Assembly (NCBI GenBank): GCA_010909165.1 | Contig: VJWM01000019.1 | Coordinates: 868,001-932,000, forward strand | Direction: 5' to 3' | Length of the DNA: 64,000 nucleotides | DNA from: Anthoceros angustus | Taxonomy: Eukaryota > Plantae > Anthocerotophyta | Shown here: positions 34,111 through 46,525 of the stretch, piece after piece | Layout of the letters: each line of letters opens with the position of its first letter | Position numbering within the stretch: position 1 is the first letter of the stretch | Notes under the pieces: generated by a model | Database searches by the model: none | The model's input: only the letters and a program-made list of their open reading frames with translations | Told to the model about the DNA's origin: nothing | Translations under genes and position numbers: made by a program

Positions 34111-37100
34111 TGTAAGGGTATTAAAGCCCAATGTACTTAGACTAATACACTTAGTCTAAGTTAGGTGTCAGTTAAGTATCATTAGTTTAGCTGAAGCTAA
34201 TCACTAGGAAGCTTCTTGTGCTCCTTCCTAGGGGCTTCTTGTGGAGCTTCCTAGGGAGCCCTCCAAACCCTCATCTCAATGGGAGAGAGTTACACTTGCC
34301 TCCTCCTCTCCTCTCCTCTTTCCACCATCATGGGCGCCACGATCCTTCAACCGTATCGAGCTTTGGTTTGGTTGTGTTGTGATGCTAGAATTTTCTAGCT
34401 GCGGGGCGGCGGCTCGTGGAATTGCGGTGATCCACATCGCGGCGGCGCCCGCAAGTGGCGAGGCGGGCGCGGCCGCCGCGCGCGCGCCGCGGCAGGCGCG
34501 CGCGCGGCGAGGCGCGCGCGCGGCGCGCGGGCGGCGCGGCCGGCGCGCGCGGCGCGGGCGGCGCGCCGGCCGCGGCGGGCCGCGGGCGCGGGCGGCGCGG
34601 CCGCGGCGCGCCGCGGCGCGCGCCGCGGCGCGGGCGCGGGCGCGGCGCGGCCGCGGGCGCGGCCGCGGCGCGCGCGCGCGCGCGCGGCGCGCAGTCTTGA
34701 GTGCGTGGCGCCACGTGGCCGGCGGCCCGGCCGCGCGGCGAGGCTGCGGCGCGCGCAGCGTGGCGGGCGGGCGCGGCGAGCCGCGCGAGGCGCGCGCCGC
34801 GGCACACGAGGCGCGCGCGCGGCGCGCGCAGGCGCGGGCGGCGCGCGGCGAGCCGCGAGCCGCGAGCCGCGCGGGCGCGGCGCGCGCGGCCGCGGCGCGG
34901 GCGCGGCGCGCGCCGCGGGCGCGGGCGCGGCCGCGGGCGCGGCCGCGGGCGCGGCGCGCCGCGGCAGGCGCGGGCGCGGCGCGGCCGGCGCGCGCGCGCG
35001 GCCGGCGCGCGCGCGGCGCGCGCGCGCGGCGCGGGCGGCGCGCGCGGCCGCGGCGCGCGCGGCCGCGGGCGCGGCCGCGGGCGCGGGCGCGGCCGGCGCA
35101 TCAGCCGAAAATTGCGAAATATTCGGAATACTCGAGCGATAGCAGCAAATATACGGGCCGCGATGACTTTTCTTCTTTGACTTTTTGACAAGGCGAGTCA
35201 GTGTTTTATACATGTCGATTTTTGAGTCATGATGTCTTCATCATCGAAAAATCATGTTCAATATCGAGAAGTTAGATGGTACTAACTTCCCGTTGGAAAG
35301 AACAAGTGTATAATGTTCTAGTCTGCGAGAAGATCAAGCCCATAAAGTTGTTAGGCGTCAAACCGATAGTATGACAGGGATGAGTGGCGGGACTGGATGA
35401 GCTTGCTAGATCTACTATCATGCTAACATTGTCAAAAGCGTGTACTTCAATGTGAAAGATAAGACCACGAGTTATTTGTGGCGGATGTGACTGTATGAGA
35501 AGCAAAGTGCGGCTTCTCGGTGTATTGGTTGAAACGGTGGTGGACTTGAAGATGAAGGAAGGGACGAGGATGTCCGATCATCGAATGATTTCAATACCAT
35601 TTTCAGCCAGCTCTCATCTCAAGGTATCACATTCCCAGTTAGTGAGCTATGTTTCGCTGGTCACATTACGAGAGTTGGGACACCTTTTAAATGCACGAGT
35701 AATTACGCTGCTAGTGGTCTTACCATTGTAAATGTAGAAGGTAGCCCGTTAACGAGGAGGTGAGCAGGAAAAACATGGAACCTTCAAAAGGTTCCGGTGC
35801 CCTCATAGTGAGAGGGAGGTCCGCTGCGAAGGGGCAGGAAGCTTCTTGTGCTCCTTCCTAGGGGCTTCTTGTGGAGCTTCCTAGGAGCCCTGCTGGAGGG
35901 TATAAATACCTCCAAGCCTCATCTCAATGTGAGAGCTACACTTGCCTCCTCCTCCTCTCCTCTTTCCACCATCATGGCCGCCACGATCCTTCAACCGTAT
36001 CGAGCTTTGGTGGTTGTGTTGTGATGCTAGAATTTTCTAGCCGCAGTCGGCAGCAGCCGTGGAATTGCGGTGATCCACATCGCGGCGAGGCGCGCGCGCG
36101 GCCGGCGCGGGCGGCGCGGCGCGCGCGGCGGCGCGCGCGGCCGCGCGGCGCGCCGCGGCGCGCCGCGGCGAACACGGCGCCGCGGCGGGCGGGCGCGCGC
36201 GGCCGCCGCGGCGCGCGGGCGGCGCGCGCCGCGGCGCGGGCGCGGCGCGCCGCGGCGCGCGGGCGCGGGCGCGGGCGCGGGCGGCGCGCCAGCCGGTTGA
36301 GGAGCGCGGGCGCGGCCGGCGCGCGCGCGCAGCGCGGGCGCGGGCGCGGCGCGCCGCGGGCGCGGCGCGCGCGGCGCGGGCGCGGGCGCGGCGCGCGCGC
36401 GCGCGCGGCGAGGCGCGCGAGCGCAGTGAGGTCGCATGAGCGAAAATTCGCGAAATATTCGTTCGTGGAATACCAACGAATACACGCGACGATGACTTTT
36501 CTTTGACTTTTTGACAAGGCGAGTCGAGTGTTTTATCCAGATCGATTTTTGAATCATGATGTCTTCATCATCTAAAAACGCATGTTCAATATCGAGAAGT
36601 TAGATGGTACTAACTTCCCGCTCGAAAGAACAAGTGTATAATGTTCTAGTGCGTAAAAAGCGCATCAAGCCCATAAAGTTGTTAGGCCAAACCGATAGTA
36701 TGACATGTGATGAGTGGCGGGACTGGATGAGCTTGCTAGATCTACTATCATGCTAACATTGTCAAAAAAGTGTACTTCAATGTGAAAGATAAGACCACGT
36801 TACGGATCGCGGGTGTGGGACTGATGAGAAGCAAAGTGCGGCTTCGTGTATTGGTTGAAAGGTGGACTTGAAGATGAAGGAAGGGACGAGGATGTCCGAT
36901 CATCCGAATGATTTCAATACCATTTTCAGCCAGCTCTCATCTCAAGGTATCACATTCCCATTCCGTGAGAGCTATGTTTCGCTGGTCACATTACGGAGAG
37001 TTGGGACACCTTCGTGACCTGAGTAATTCCGCCTCGCTAGTGGTCTTACCATTGTAAATGTAGAAGGTAGCCTGTTAACCGAGGAGGTGAACAGAAAACA

Positions 37101-40100
37101 TGGAACCTTCCAAAGGTTCCGGTGCCCTCATAGTGAGAGGGAGGTCCATGAAGGGAAGCAACCGAAGCTTTTCTCGTAGCAAATCTCGTAGTCGTAACAA
37201 GAATGTGGAGTGTCACTATTGTCACAAAGGGTCACTTCAAAAGAGTGCGAGAAGTTCAAAAGGACCAAGGAAAAGAAGCGGGGCGACAAGGCGAGTCGAG
37301 TGTTTATATCGATTTTTGAGTCATGATGTCTTCATCATCGAGCGTCATGTTCAATATCGAGTTAGATGGTACTAACTTCCGTTGGAAAGAACAAGTGTAT
37401 AATGTTCTAGTGCGGAAAAAAGCGGATCAAGCCCATAAAGTTGTTAGGCGTCAAACCGGATAGTATGACACGGGATGAGTGGCGGGACTGGATGAGCTTG
37501 CTAGATCTACTATCATGCTAACATTGTCAAAAGCGTGTACTTCAATGTGAAAGATAAGACCACGAGTTACGGAGTGGCGGTATGTGACTGTGAGAAGCAA
37601 AGTGCGGCTTCTCGGTGTATTGGTTGAAACGGTGGTGGACTTGAAGATGAAGGAAGGGACGAGGATGTCCGATCATCGAATGATTTCAATACCATTTTCA
37701 GCTCTCATCTCAAGGTATCACATTCCCAGTTAGTGAGCTATGTTTCATTGGTCACATTACGGAGTTGGGACACCTTTTGACAACTAGTTGCCCCTAGTGG
37801 TCTTACCATTGTAAATGTAGAAGGTAGCACATTGGCGAGGAGGTGAGCAGGAAAAACATGGAACCTTCAAAAGGTTCCGGTGCCCTCATAGTGAGAGGGA
37901 GGTCCGCTGAAGGGAAACAGCAGAAGCTTTTCTCGTAGCAAATCTCGTAGTCGTAACAAGAATGTGGAGTGTCACTATTGTCACAAAGGGTCACTTCAAA
38001 AGAGTCAGAAGTTCAAAAGGACCAAGGAAAAGAAGCGGGGCGACAAGAAGGCGACTTAAATGCAGAGTTGGAAGAGTTAAACTACATTGAGGGCGGAGAT
38101 GTCCTTATCTCTTCTTACTTGAATCTTGCACAATTGAGTGGATAGTCATTTATTACGCAATTGGATAATTGACTGGTGCATCTTTCCATGTTACTCCTCA
38201 TAGAGTGGTTTAGCACGTATGATGCTACAAGGAAAGGATGCGTTAGGCTTGGAAATAACTATGCATGCGGATCGCGCGTGGGTGATGTGCAACTCAAGTT
38301 TGACAACGGATCTTCATTCATCTTTGAAGGGCGTTAGGCATGTTCGAAGTTGACAAAAGCATGATTAGCGGGGTTGGATGATCTTTGGTTACCACTTCTT
38401 TGGTTTGGGGATCACTCTTGGAAGATCTCAAAGGTTCTCTTGTGTTAGCTCGTGGATCGAGTGTGGCACTTTGTACTCACTTGAGTAAACCTCAAAGATC
38501 ATGTGATGCATGTGAGCGACCAAATGTTTCCTTGTGGCATTGCGGTTAGGACATATGTCTCGAGAAGGGAATGAAGGTTTTATCTCGTTACGGTTATATC
38601 CATTCTTAACTTCTCGATCTCTCGATGTGTGAGCCTTTGTTTATATGGGAAGCAGACAAAATCATCACATCGAACAAGAGGTAAAGTAGGAGTAAACCTC
38701 TTGAGTTGGTTCACGATGTGTATGTGGACCTATGCCTCTGCATCATTAGGCGGTGCCTCTATTTTGTCACTTTCATAGATGATTTCTCACGCAAGGTGTG
38801 GGTTTATCCTTTGAGGAAAAAGGATGAAGTTACGGTGTTTGAAATTTGTCACCCTTGTAGAATCGATCGCCGATTGAAGTGTCTAAGGAGATAATGGTGG
38901 AGTATGTTTAGCTTTCGGTCATTACGTGATTCCAAGGGAATCAAAAGAGAATTATTTGGTATACTCCTCCACAAAATGGTGTGGGCGGCGGATGAGCAGA
39001 ACCATTCGGAGAGGATCGTGGTTTGTTGTCAAACTGGATTGCCTAATGGGTTTTGGGCGAGCGATGTCTCTGCAGTTCATCTTATTAACGGATCTCCTAA
39101 TAAAGTGATGAGCGGGTTCGGAGGAGCTATAGTGCGGAAAGAAACCATCCTACAAGCATCTGCGAGTGTTTGGTTTGAGGCATCTTGCCATGTTCCAAAA
39201 GAGTTTCGGGACAAGTTGGCACCTAAGTCCAAGAAATGTATTTTTCTTGGCTATGGTGATTACGGTGAGATGGGATCTGGTTTGTGGGATCGAGGCTAGA
39301 AAGGTTGTTCGTACTAACGTGTTCTTCAATGAGAACAAGATGCAGGAAGCCTACTCCAAGCTGTGGAGGTGCGAAGGGTGATCTTCAAGAAGATGGACAT
39401 GATCATCATGGGCGGGTTGATAAGTGGTAATGCGAGCACATTCCTCCACCGATAGATGAACCAAGAGTCGAACAAGCACCTATAGAGGTGCACGTGCGTG
39501 GGTCGGCGAGGATTACGACCTCACGGCGGTATGATCCATCTGGATTATGTCTGCGGAGTTGTGGGAACCCTCTTCTTACAAAGAGGCCATGTCAATGAGT
39601 AACAAAGAGAAGTGGGAGAAGGCCATGCGATCGAAATGAATTCTGCATAAGAACCAAACTTGGGAGTTGGTTGGTTGCCTAGGATAAGAAGGCACTCAGG
39701 TGCAAATGGGTGTACAAGATGAAGGTCATACCTTGATGGCAAACCAAAGTACAAGGCACGATTGGTTGCTAAGGGTTTCAAGCAACAACCGGCATTGACT
39801 TTGATGAGATTTTCTCACGATGGTCAAAATGACAACTTTGCGATGTGTTCTTGCTTTGGTTGCCAGGAATGATATGGAACTTGTACAGATGGATGTCAAG
39901 ACGAAGCAAGCCATATGGCTTGGTGACCTGATTCTTGCATGGTGACCTTCAAGAATTAGAAGACCAAGCCATATGGCTTGCTCGTTTAGTGGGAGACTTG
40001 GGGATCAAGGTTGAGCTGCCAGTGTTGCATTGTGATAGTCAGAGTGCTATCTAGTTGGCAAAGAATCCAGTGTTTCATGCGAAGACTAAACATGTGGATG

Positions 40101-40540
40101 TGAAGTATCACTTCATTCGAGAGGTGTTGGATGACAAGAGGGTACAACTTGTCAAGGTTCACACCACCGAACCTAGATATTCTTACCAAGGGACTCTACG
40201 AGCAATTGCTGGCTTCGGACAACGATGGGCATGAGGTAGTCCATTCTTCTACGGTAAATTGGCCTTTAAGTGGGAGGTTGTAAGGGTAGTAAGCCCAATG
40301 TACTTAGACTAATATACTTAGTCTAAGTTAGGTGTCGATTAAGTATCATTAGTTTAGCTGAAGCTAATCACTAGGAACCTTCTTGTGCTCCTTCCTAGGG
40401 GCTTCTTGTGGAGCTTCCTAGGGAGCCCCGTTGGAGGGTATAAATACCCTCCAAAGCCTCATCTCAATGTGAGAGAGTTACTCTTGCCTCCTCCTCTCCT
40501 CTCCTCTTTCCACCATCATGGGCTGCCGCACGATCCTTCA
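34111..40540 (+). mobile_element. Ty1/Copia LTR retrotransposon with internal duplications of the LTR/leader/gag region
   Basis: LTRs 34111-34349 and 40279-40540 (TGTAAGGG...GATCCTTCA). TSD ACCAT on both sides. Garbled Met PBS at 34350 and PPT AAGTGGGAGG at 40268. Gag FNIEKLDGTNF, zinc knuckle, IN YFVTFIDDFSRKVWVY and KLAPKSKKCIFLGY, RT YKARLVAKGF and QMDVKT, RH CDSQSAI and KTKHVDVKYHFIR. Central RT deleted at ~39905. Confidence 0.95.
34440..35100. other. Almost pure G/C low-complexity tract in the Copia leader (second copy 36080-36420), probably corrupted sequence
   Basis: Hundreds of bases nearly devoid of A/T. The two duplicate copies differ about two-fold in length. Confidence 0.7.
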
Positions 40541-40862
40541 ACCATGACGGGGAGGGAGCTAGTAGTCGCCGTGCCAGCAGACCAACAACCTGCGTCGGCC
40601 CCAACTACCGAGCCTCAGGACGGGAGGAGGCAAAGAAGGCAGCCCGCACCACCACCCCAGGTCCGCTCCGGTGCCCTTGCCTTTGCCAGCGGGTGGCGGA
40701 GGCGAAAGTGGTGAGAAGAGGCGGAGGCGGGATCTGACCCGGTGGCGGGCACACCGAGCCTCGCGGACGGGAGGAGGCGGGCCGAGCTCCGGACTCCTTC
40801 ACCGCCTCCGGACCCCAGCGTCGGTGAGCCGGAGAAGGAAGCAGGCGGGCGGAGAGGGCCAA

Positions 40863-43180
40863 GGAGGTAGAAGCTCCCGGCCAGAATAATCAGGACCTAA
40901 GAGTCCTGATTGGGTCTAGAGCTCCTAATCCGGACTCCCTCCCGGTTTGTGATCAGCGGTCCTTAATGAAGGAGATGCCGCACCCTCGGCGGACTTCGGT
41001 ATCCCAGTGGGCATGGAGGAGACACGGTGGGTTTTAGCACGTCAAGGACGGTATGCTCTGGGGCCTCTGCGGCGAGAAGACCCGAGGAGGTGGAGGCCAC
41101 TCGTGGCGGATGGTGGAACTCCAAGGCCGAGGCGGAGGGCTGTAGCGGCCAAAGGAAGCAAAGTCCTCGCTAGGGTCGAGGAGGAGAAGCGCCGGATGGT
41201 AGGAGTTGGAGGCAGGTCCACCCAACGAGGCTAGGGTGCTCCAACTATGTGAACAAGAAGGACGCCCGGGCGCAAGCAAGAGCGGAGGACCTTTGCCCAG
41301 GTGGAGGCCACTCGTGAGCGGATGGTGGAACCCCAAGGCCAGCAGAGGTGGCACAAGCGCCAAAGGAAAGCAAAGTCCTCGCTAGGGTCGAGGAGGAGAA
41401 GGCCGGATGGCCGAGTTGGAGGCCAGTCCACCCAACGATGGTGGCTAGGGTGCTCCAACTATGTGAATCAGGACGCCCGGAGGCGCAAGCAAGAGCGGAG
41501 GACCTTTGTCAAGGAGAGGAGTGGCCCGAGGAGGCGAAGGAAGCAGGCGGGCGGAGAGGGCCAAAGACTTGGCGAAAGCGGCCCGACAGGGCGAGAACCG
41601 AGCTTGGGAGGCTCGGTGAAGAAGCGCGGAGGCGGAGGCTTCTACCAAGGCAGACGAGGATCACTCTGGCCGGCCAGCCGGTGGAGGCGGCGAGGGCCAG
41701 GAGGTAGAAGCTCCGGCGGAATAATCGGGACCTAGAGTCTGATTGGGTCTAAACTCCCTAATCCGGACTCCCTCCCGGTGCGGGGTCTAATAGACCCGAG
41801 ATGCCCGCACCCTCGCGGACTTCTCGGTATCCCAGTGGGCATGGAGGAGACACGGTGGGTTTTAGCAGCCGTCGGAAGACGGTATGCTCTGGGGCCTCTG
41901 CGGGAGGAAGACCCGAGGAGGTGGAGGCCACTCGTGGCGGATGGTGGAACTCCAAGGCCAGGCGGAGGGCTGTAGCGGCCAAAGGAAGCAAAGTCCTCGC
42001 TAGGGTCGAGGAGGAGAAGCGCCGGATGGTAGGAGTTGGAGGCAGGTCCACCCAACGAGGCTAGGGTGCTCCAACTATGTGAACAAGAAGGACGCCCGGG
42101 CGCAAGCAAGAGCGGAGGACCTTTGCCCAGGTGGAGGCCACTCGTGAGCGGATGGTGGAACCCCAAGGCCAGCAGAGGTGGCACAAGCGCCAAAGGAAAG
42201 CAAAGTCCTCGCTAGGGTCGAGGAGGAGAAGGCCGGATGGCCGAGTTGGAGGCCAGTCCACCCAACGATGGTGGCTAGGGTGCTCCAACTATGTGAATCA
42301 GGACGCCCGGAGGCGCAAGCAAGAGCGGAGGACCTTTGTCAAGGAGAGGAGTGGCCCGAGGAGGCGAAGGAAGCAGGCGGGCGGAGAGGGCCAAAGACTT
42401 GGCGAAAGCGGCCCGACAGGCGAGAACCGAGCTTGGGAGGCTCGGTGAAGAAGGGCGTGAGGAGGCGGAGGCTTCTACCAAGGCAGACGAGGATCACTCT
42501 GGCCGGCCAGCCGGTGGAGGCGGCGAGGGCCAGGAGGTAGAAGCTCCCGGCCAGAATAATCAGGACCTAAGAGTCCTGATTGGGTCTAGAGCTCCTAATC
42601 CGGACTCCCTCCGGACTGTGGTCTGGCGGTCCTTAATAGACCGGGAGATGCCCGCACCCTCAGCGGACTTCTCGGTATCCCCAGCGGTGGCTGTGGAGGA
42701 GACACGGTGGGTTTTAGCAGCCGTCAAGGACGGTATGCTCTGGGGCCTCTGCGGGAAAGCAGAGAAGACCCAGGAGGTGGAGGCCACTCGTAGGCGGATG
42801 GTGGAACTCCAAGGCCAGGCAGAGGTGGCACAAGCGGCCAAAAGGAAAGCAAAGTCCCTCGCTAGGGTCGAGGAGGAGAAGCGCCGGATGGCCGAGTTGG
42901 AGGCCAGGTCCACCCAACGGGACAGGGCTAGGGTGCTCCAACTATGTGAACAACTGAAGGACGCCCCGGAGGCGCAAGCAAGAGCGGAGGACCTTTGCCG
43001 AAGGAGAGGAGTGGCCCAGGAGGAGGCGAAGGAAGCACGCAGGCAGGCAGAGAGGGCCAAAGACTTGGCAAAGCATTGACAGGAGGCGAGCCAGGCTTGG
43101 GAGGCTCGGTGAAGAAGCGCGGAGGCGGAGGCTTCTACCAAGACCAGACAGGATCACTCGCGAAACCGGTGGAGAGGCGG
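40863..43180 (+). repeat. Triplicated 650-835 bp segment within the element ORF
   Basis: GGAGGTAGAAGCTCC restarts at ~40863, ~41700 and ~42533. Copies 1 and 2 also contain an inner ~210-bp duplication. Confidence 0.9.
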
Positions 43181-46100
43181 CAGAGTAGCCACGCCAACCT
43201 GAAGGCGGAGTAGGCAGCCGCAGAGCAAGCACGGGTAATCCGTGAGGGGGAGATGGAGGCCAGCACTAGGGAGCTAGGAGACCTCCGTGTACAGCTACAG
43301 GACATGGAAGAACGGCGCTAGGAGTTGGAAGGCCAGAAGGAGACCTTGGAGCTCTGACAGGTAGCAGGCGAGCAGGCCTCAAGGAGGATCGAGGATCACG
43401 AGCGGGAGTTAGAGCGGCTCCAGCTCTGTTGGAGGGCGGAGGAAAGTCGTCGGCGAAGTAAGGAGCAAGATATCGCCGAGTTGGAGAGGGACTTGGAAGA
43501 AGCAGCGTGAGGTTGCTAGAAACGCTGGAGCGAGACATGGTGGCCCTTGGGCAAGATGGAGCCGGAGGAGGGCTACGAGGAAGAGCAAAAGTTGCTGGTC
43601 CGTTTGCGGAAAGTAGAAGGAGAGACTATGGCGACAAGTTAAGCCGTCTTTATGCGGCGAGAGGAGGCGGAGGCGGGCGGCGGAGGTTGAAGTGGCGGGC
43701 GGCCTTAGCAGCCTCAAGAGACTCAGCCGGACCGTGGGTGACCTTCTTGGCTGGCCGGGCAACTCGACATGCCGGTTGCAGAGAACCTATGGAGGCGTGA
43801 GTATCGGGTGCTCCGCGCCCATGTGGAGGAGGCCATCCGGAGGTCTCCGCGCATATTATCATCTGAGCTCCTCAAAGCCGGTGGAGGTAGTGCACCACAC
43901 AGGGCAAATTGAAGGGCCGCTGGAGGAGTTAGAAGGAGCGTGGAGGCGAGGCACAGGGGATAACATCGCCACAGGAACCACAGGCGTTGTTCGGGGGAGG
44001 CGGCGGAGAAGGAGAGCACCCAGACGAGGGGAATATGGCGGACACCATAAGACCATAGGTAAGTCCAGGAGTTCGGGCACGGCAGGCGGCTGCAAGGAAG
44101 AAGGAGAGGGTCCCCAACCTGTGGGGATCCGGGATGGGGAAGGGGTCCGGTGGGTGAAGACAGACCCATGGAGAATGCTCTGGGCGAGGATGCCCGAAAC
44201 CCTGAGGCGGACCTTGGTCCGGACTCGAGCGAGCGGACCCGGTCCCGGACTCGAGGGGGAAGGGGTGGATGAGGGTCAGTGTCAACCCACACAGGAAGAA
44301 TGGGTTCCGAGCGGACCCACGGGTGTGGACCCACCAGCATGCCAAGAGGCGAGGACCCAGCATGCCAAGAGACGGAGGAGAGACTTGGTGGTCAACTGCA
44401 GTTGTTAGGCCGCCGCCCATGGCCGACAGAGTCTCGGCGAGGAGAGCCTCATCGCGGATCATCCGATTAGATGCGCCGCAATTACGGTGAGGATTGGGTT
44501 GCCCGGCGCTAGAAAGGAATCTGATCAGTGACCCACCGCCGTGGACGTAAATAGGACAGGAGATAGAGGGTTGCGTGCTAGGGCACAGTGAGCTGGACAT
44601 CAACTCAGAATAGGGGTGTAATAAAAGCGCTCCCTCAGGACGTAGTATAAGAGGGTGGTGGCCGCTCCAGTAAAGGGATCTGTCTTTTGGGGTTGATACC
44701 GCGTTATCTTTGCAGGCCCTTGTCGTCACGCCTTCTTGTGATCCAGGTCAGAGTGGGCAAGACTACTTCGGAGATCGACTGATCCAGTGGGTCATAGAAG
44801 TAACTAGGGGGTAAGCGACCGTTGGGAAGTGCCTCCGGACTGGTGGCGGCGAGCCACGATCGTGCAAAAATGGGACAAATCATTCCCTTGGAAACGGACC
44901 CCTTACTGCAACGACACGGGATTAGTGCGAGCCCGGCTGGCCGTCAGCGAAAGTTGCGTCACAGGGATATATAAGGGCTAGAGCAAAGGCTTTGAGGAAC
45001 AAGTGAGACTCACTCTTTGACAAAATAGGCAAGTGTGCGTTGCAAGCTTTGTGTTGAGAAAGCTGTGGAGAGCTAGCTAGTGAGCTTGTCGTGGAATCAA
45101 GAGCACTAGCCAGTTGGGCGTAGATAGCCAGATTCTATCGTTCTATTCTTTCAATAAAAAGCAGCACCTCCAGGAGGTGGTCTGCAAGTTGTCAGTGGAC
45201 GGCGGACTACTTGGAGCCTAGTGCGGTGTTGTGAGGTTGAGAGCGCTGAGAATCGTGCAAGTCTCTTGTGGAGTGAATTGGCGAGGTCTTAGATCGCTGG
45301 GAAGCCAACACTTGTCGCTTTCTTACTGGCTGCGCAGTGAGGGGTGATTCCTAGGCCCTCATTTGCCTGATTTGTTATTCGAAAGCGATAGATTTCTGAC
45401 TAACCCCTTCCTTGGTGAGAACCACATGTACAAGTTTCCTTGTGTGTGGTTCGTCTATTCCTCATCACGGACCGAGCCAAGGGCTGGCCAGGGCCGCATG
45501 GCTTACGTCCATAAGTGAGTCGAATTTGCCTCAAAGCAAAAGTTGAGCTTTCCGGGCAATGAGTAGTGTCACTCCCTCCTCGGGGGCGTGTGGACATACA
45601 TCTGCATTGCGGCTGTTGCCACTCACATGGTACACCAAACTGTGCTTTCACCCGACACTAAAGGGCAATAGTGGAGCTAATAAGCTGCATGAAGACATCC
45701 CCAACCTCAAGTGAGCGCAAACCAAAACCTGCTAGCAAGTTGGTCATTATGGACAAACCATAGCAACCAACTTGCTAACGTGTGAGATCCGGTGAGGCGC
45801 CTATGGAGCTGTAGAAAGGGCCAAAGCTAGAGTAGCCCGGTCGAGAGAAAAACTATCCTTGAGACAAGTCTCGAAGATGTCATAGGAATGAAATCCGTGG
45901 AGGTTGGATGGAGGGTCTGAAGCGCAGCAATAGTCCAGATCTTCTAAAAAGCAGGGGTTATGGGAAGTGCGAAAAAGCCCTAGCTGCGTGGGCATATTCA
46001 CCCGCTCGACCTATGCCCCACAACATCCGAGCCACTCGTTTTTTTGTCCGGGAAGGTGCAAAGAGCATCGGGGTGGTGGGTCAGGTTGGCCACCCCACGA

Positions 46101-46525
46101 TGTGGGATAATTTGCCACAGGAAGTGGGAAAGATAGGCCCGAGTTCACATCTGGGTTAGATTTGGAATTGACGCCGTGATTGCCAGCACACTCAAAATGC
46201 TGAATCAAGAGAAGAGGGCCCTAACAGAGGAATCGGGAACCGGCAGATTTTCGCCATAACTTTGAAACGGGGCCGGCACCAGTTCTAACCAGCATTCTAC
46301 CGCTGGACCAGTTCCGTTCACGGGCTCCAGGACCCGTGTGAGAGCATTGTGGACGCAGCCCTTGAAGCAGCTGCAACCTCCATAAAGATCCGCTTTCGCT
46401 CAGGAGGAGAGGGAGTCTCTCTACAGTCTCAGATGAAGAGAGACCGAGTACTCGCTGCTGAGCACACAGATGGTGTGAGGGTGTTTTCCATGGCATCCTT
46501 AGTGCATGGAAGGCCCATCCTTCGT

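Larger units (their letters stand above)
33269..44490 (+). pseudogene. Unknown coiled-coil protein ORF of element copy 2, split by the Copia insertion
   Basis: Starts MGPKK. Cleanest block 42540-43079 (VVWRSLIDREMP...EETRWVLAAVKDGMLWGL...heptad-rich). Ends SRIIRLDAPQLR*. Confidence 0.7.
32527..44963 (+). mobile_element. TG..CA element with 5-bp TSD (giant solo-LTR-like), copy 2, inflated by a nested Copia and internal duplications
   Basis: GGGAT at 32522-32526 and 44964-44968. Termini TGTGGACTGCGAACT...AAGTTGCGTCACA. About 4.3 kb after removing the Copia and duplications. Terminal ~90 bp strongly conserved with 1116-1200. Confidence 0.9.
31964..45467. mobile_element. Possible ~1-kb solo LTR (31964-32526 plus 44969-45467) that truncates the MULE and hosts element copy 2
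   Basis: TGA...TCA ends with imperfect flanks CGGCC/CGGAC. TATATAAG and AATAAA in the right half. Related copy at 20760-21010. Confidence 0.4.

Noticed and set aside
34241-36557. Long Arg/Ala/Pro/Gly-rich ORFs on both strands
   Set aside because: Products of near-pure GC tracts that cannot contain stop codons, and probably corrupted sequence.
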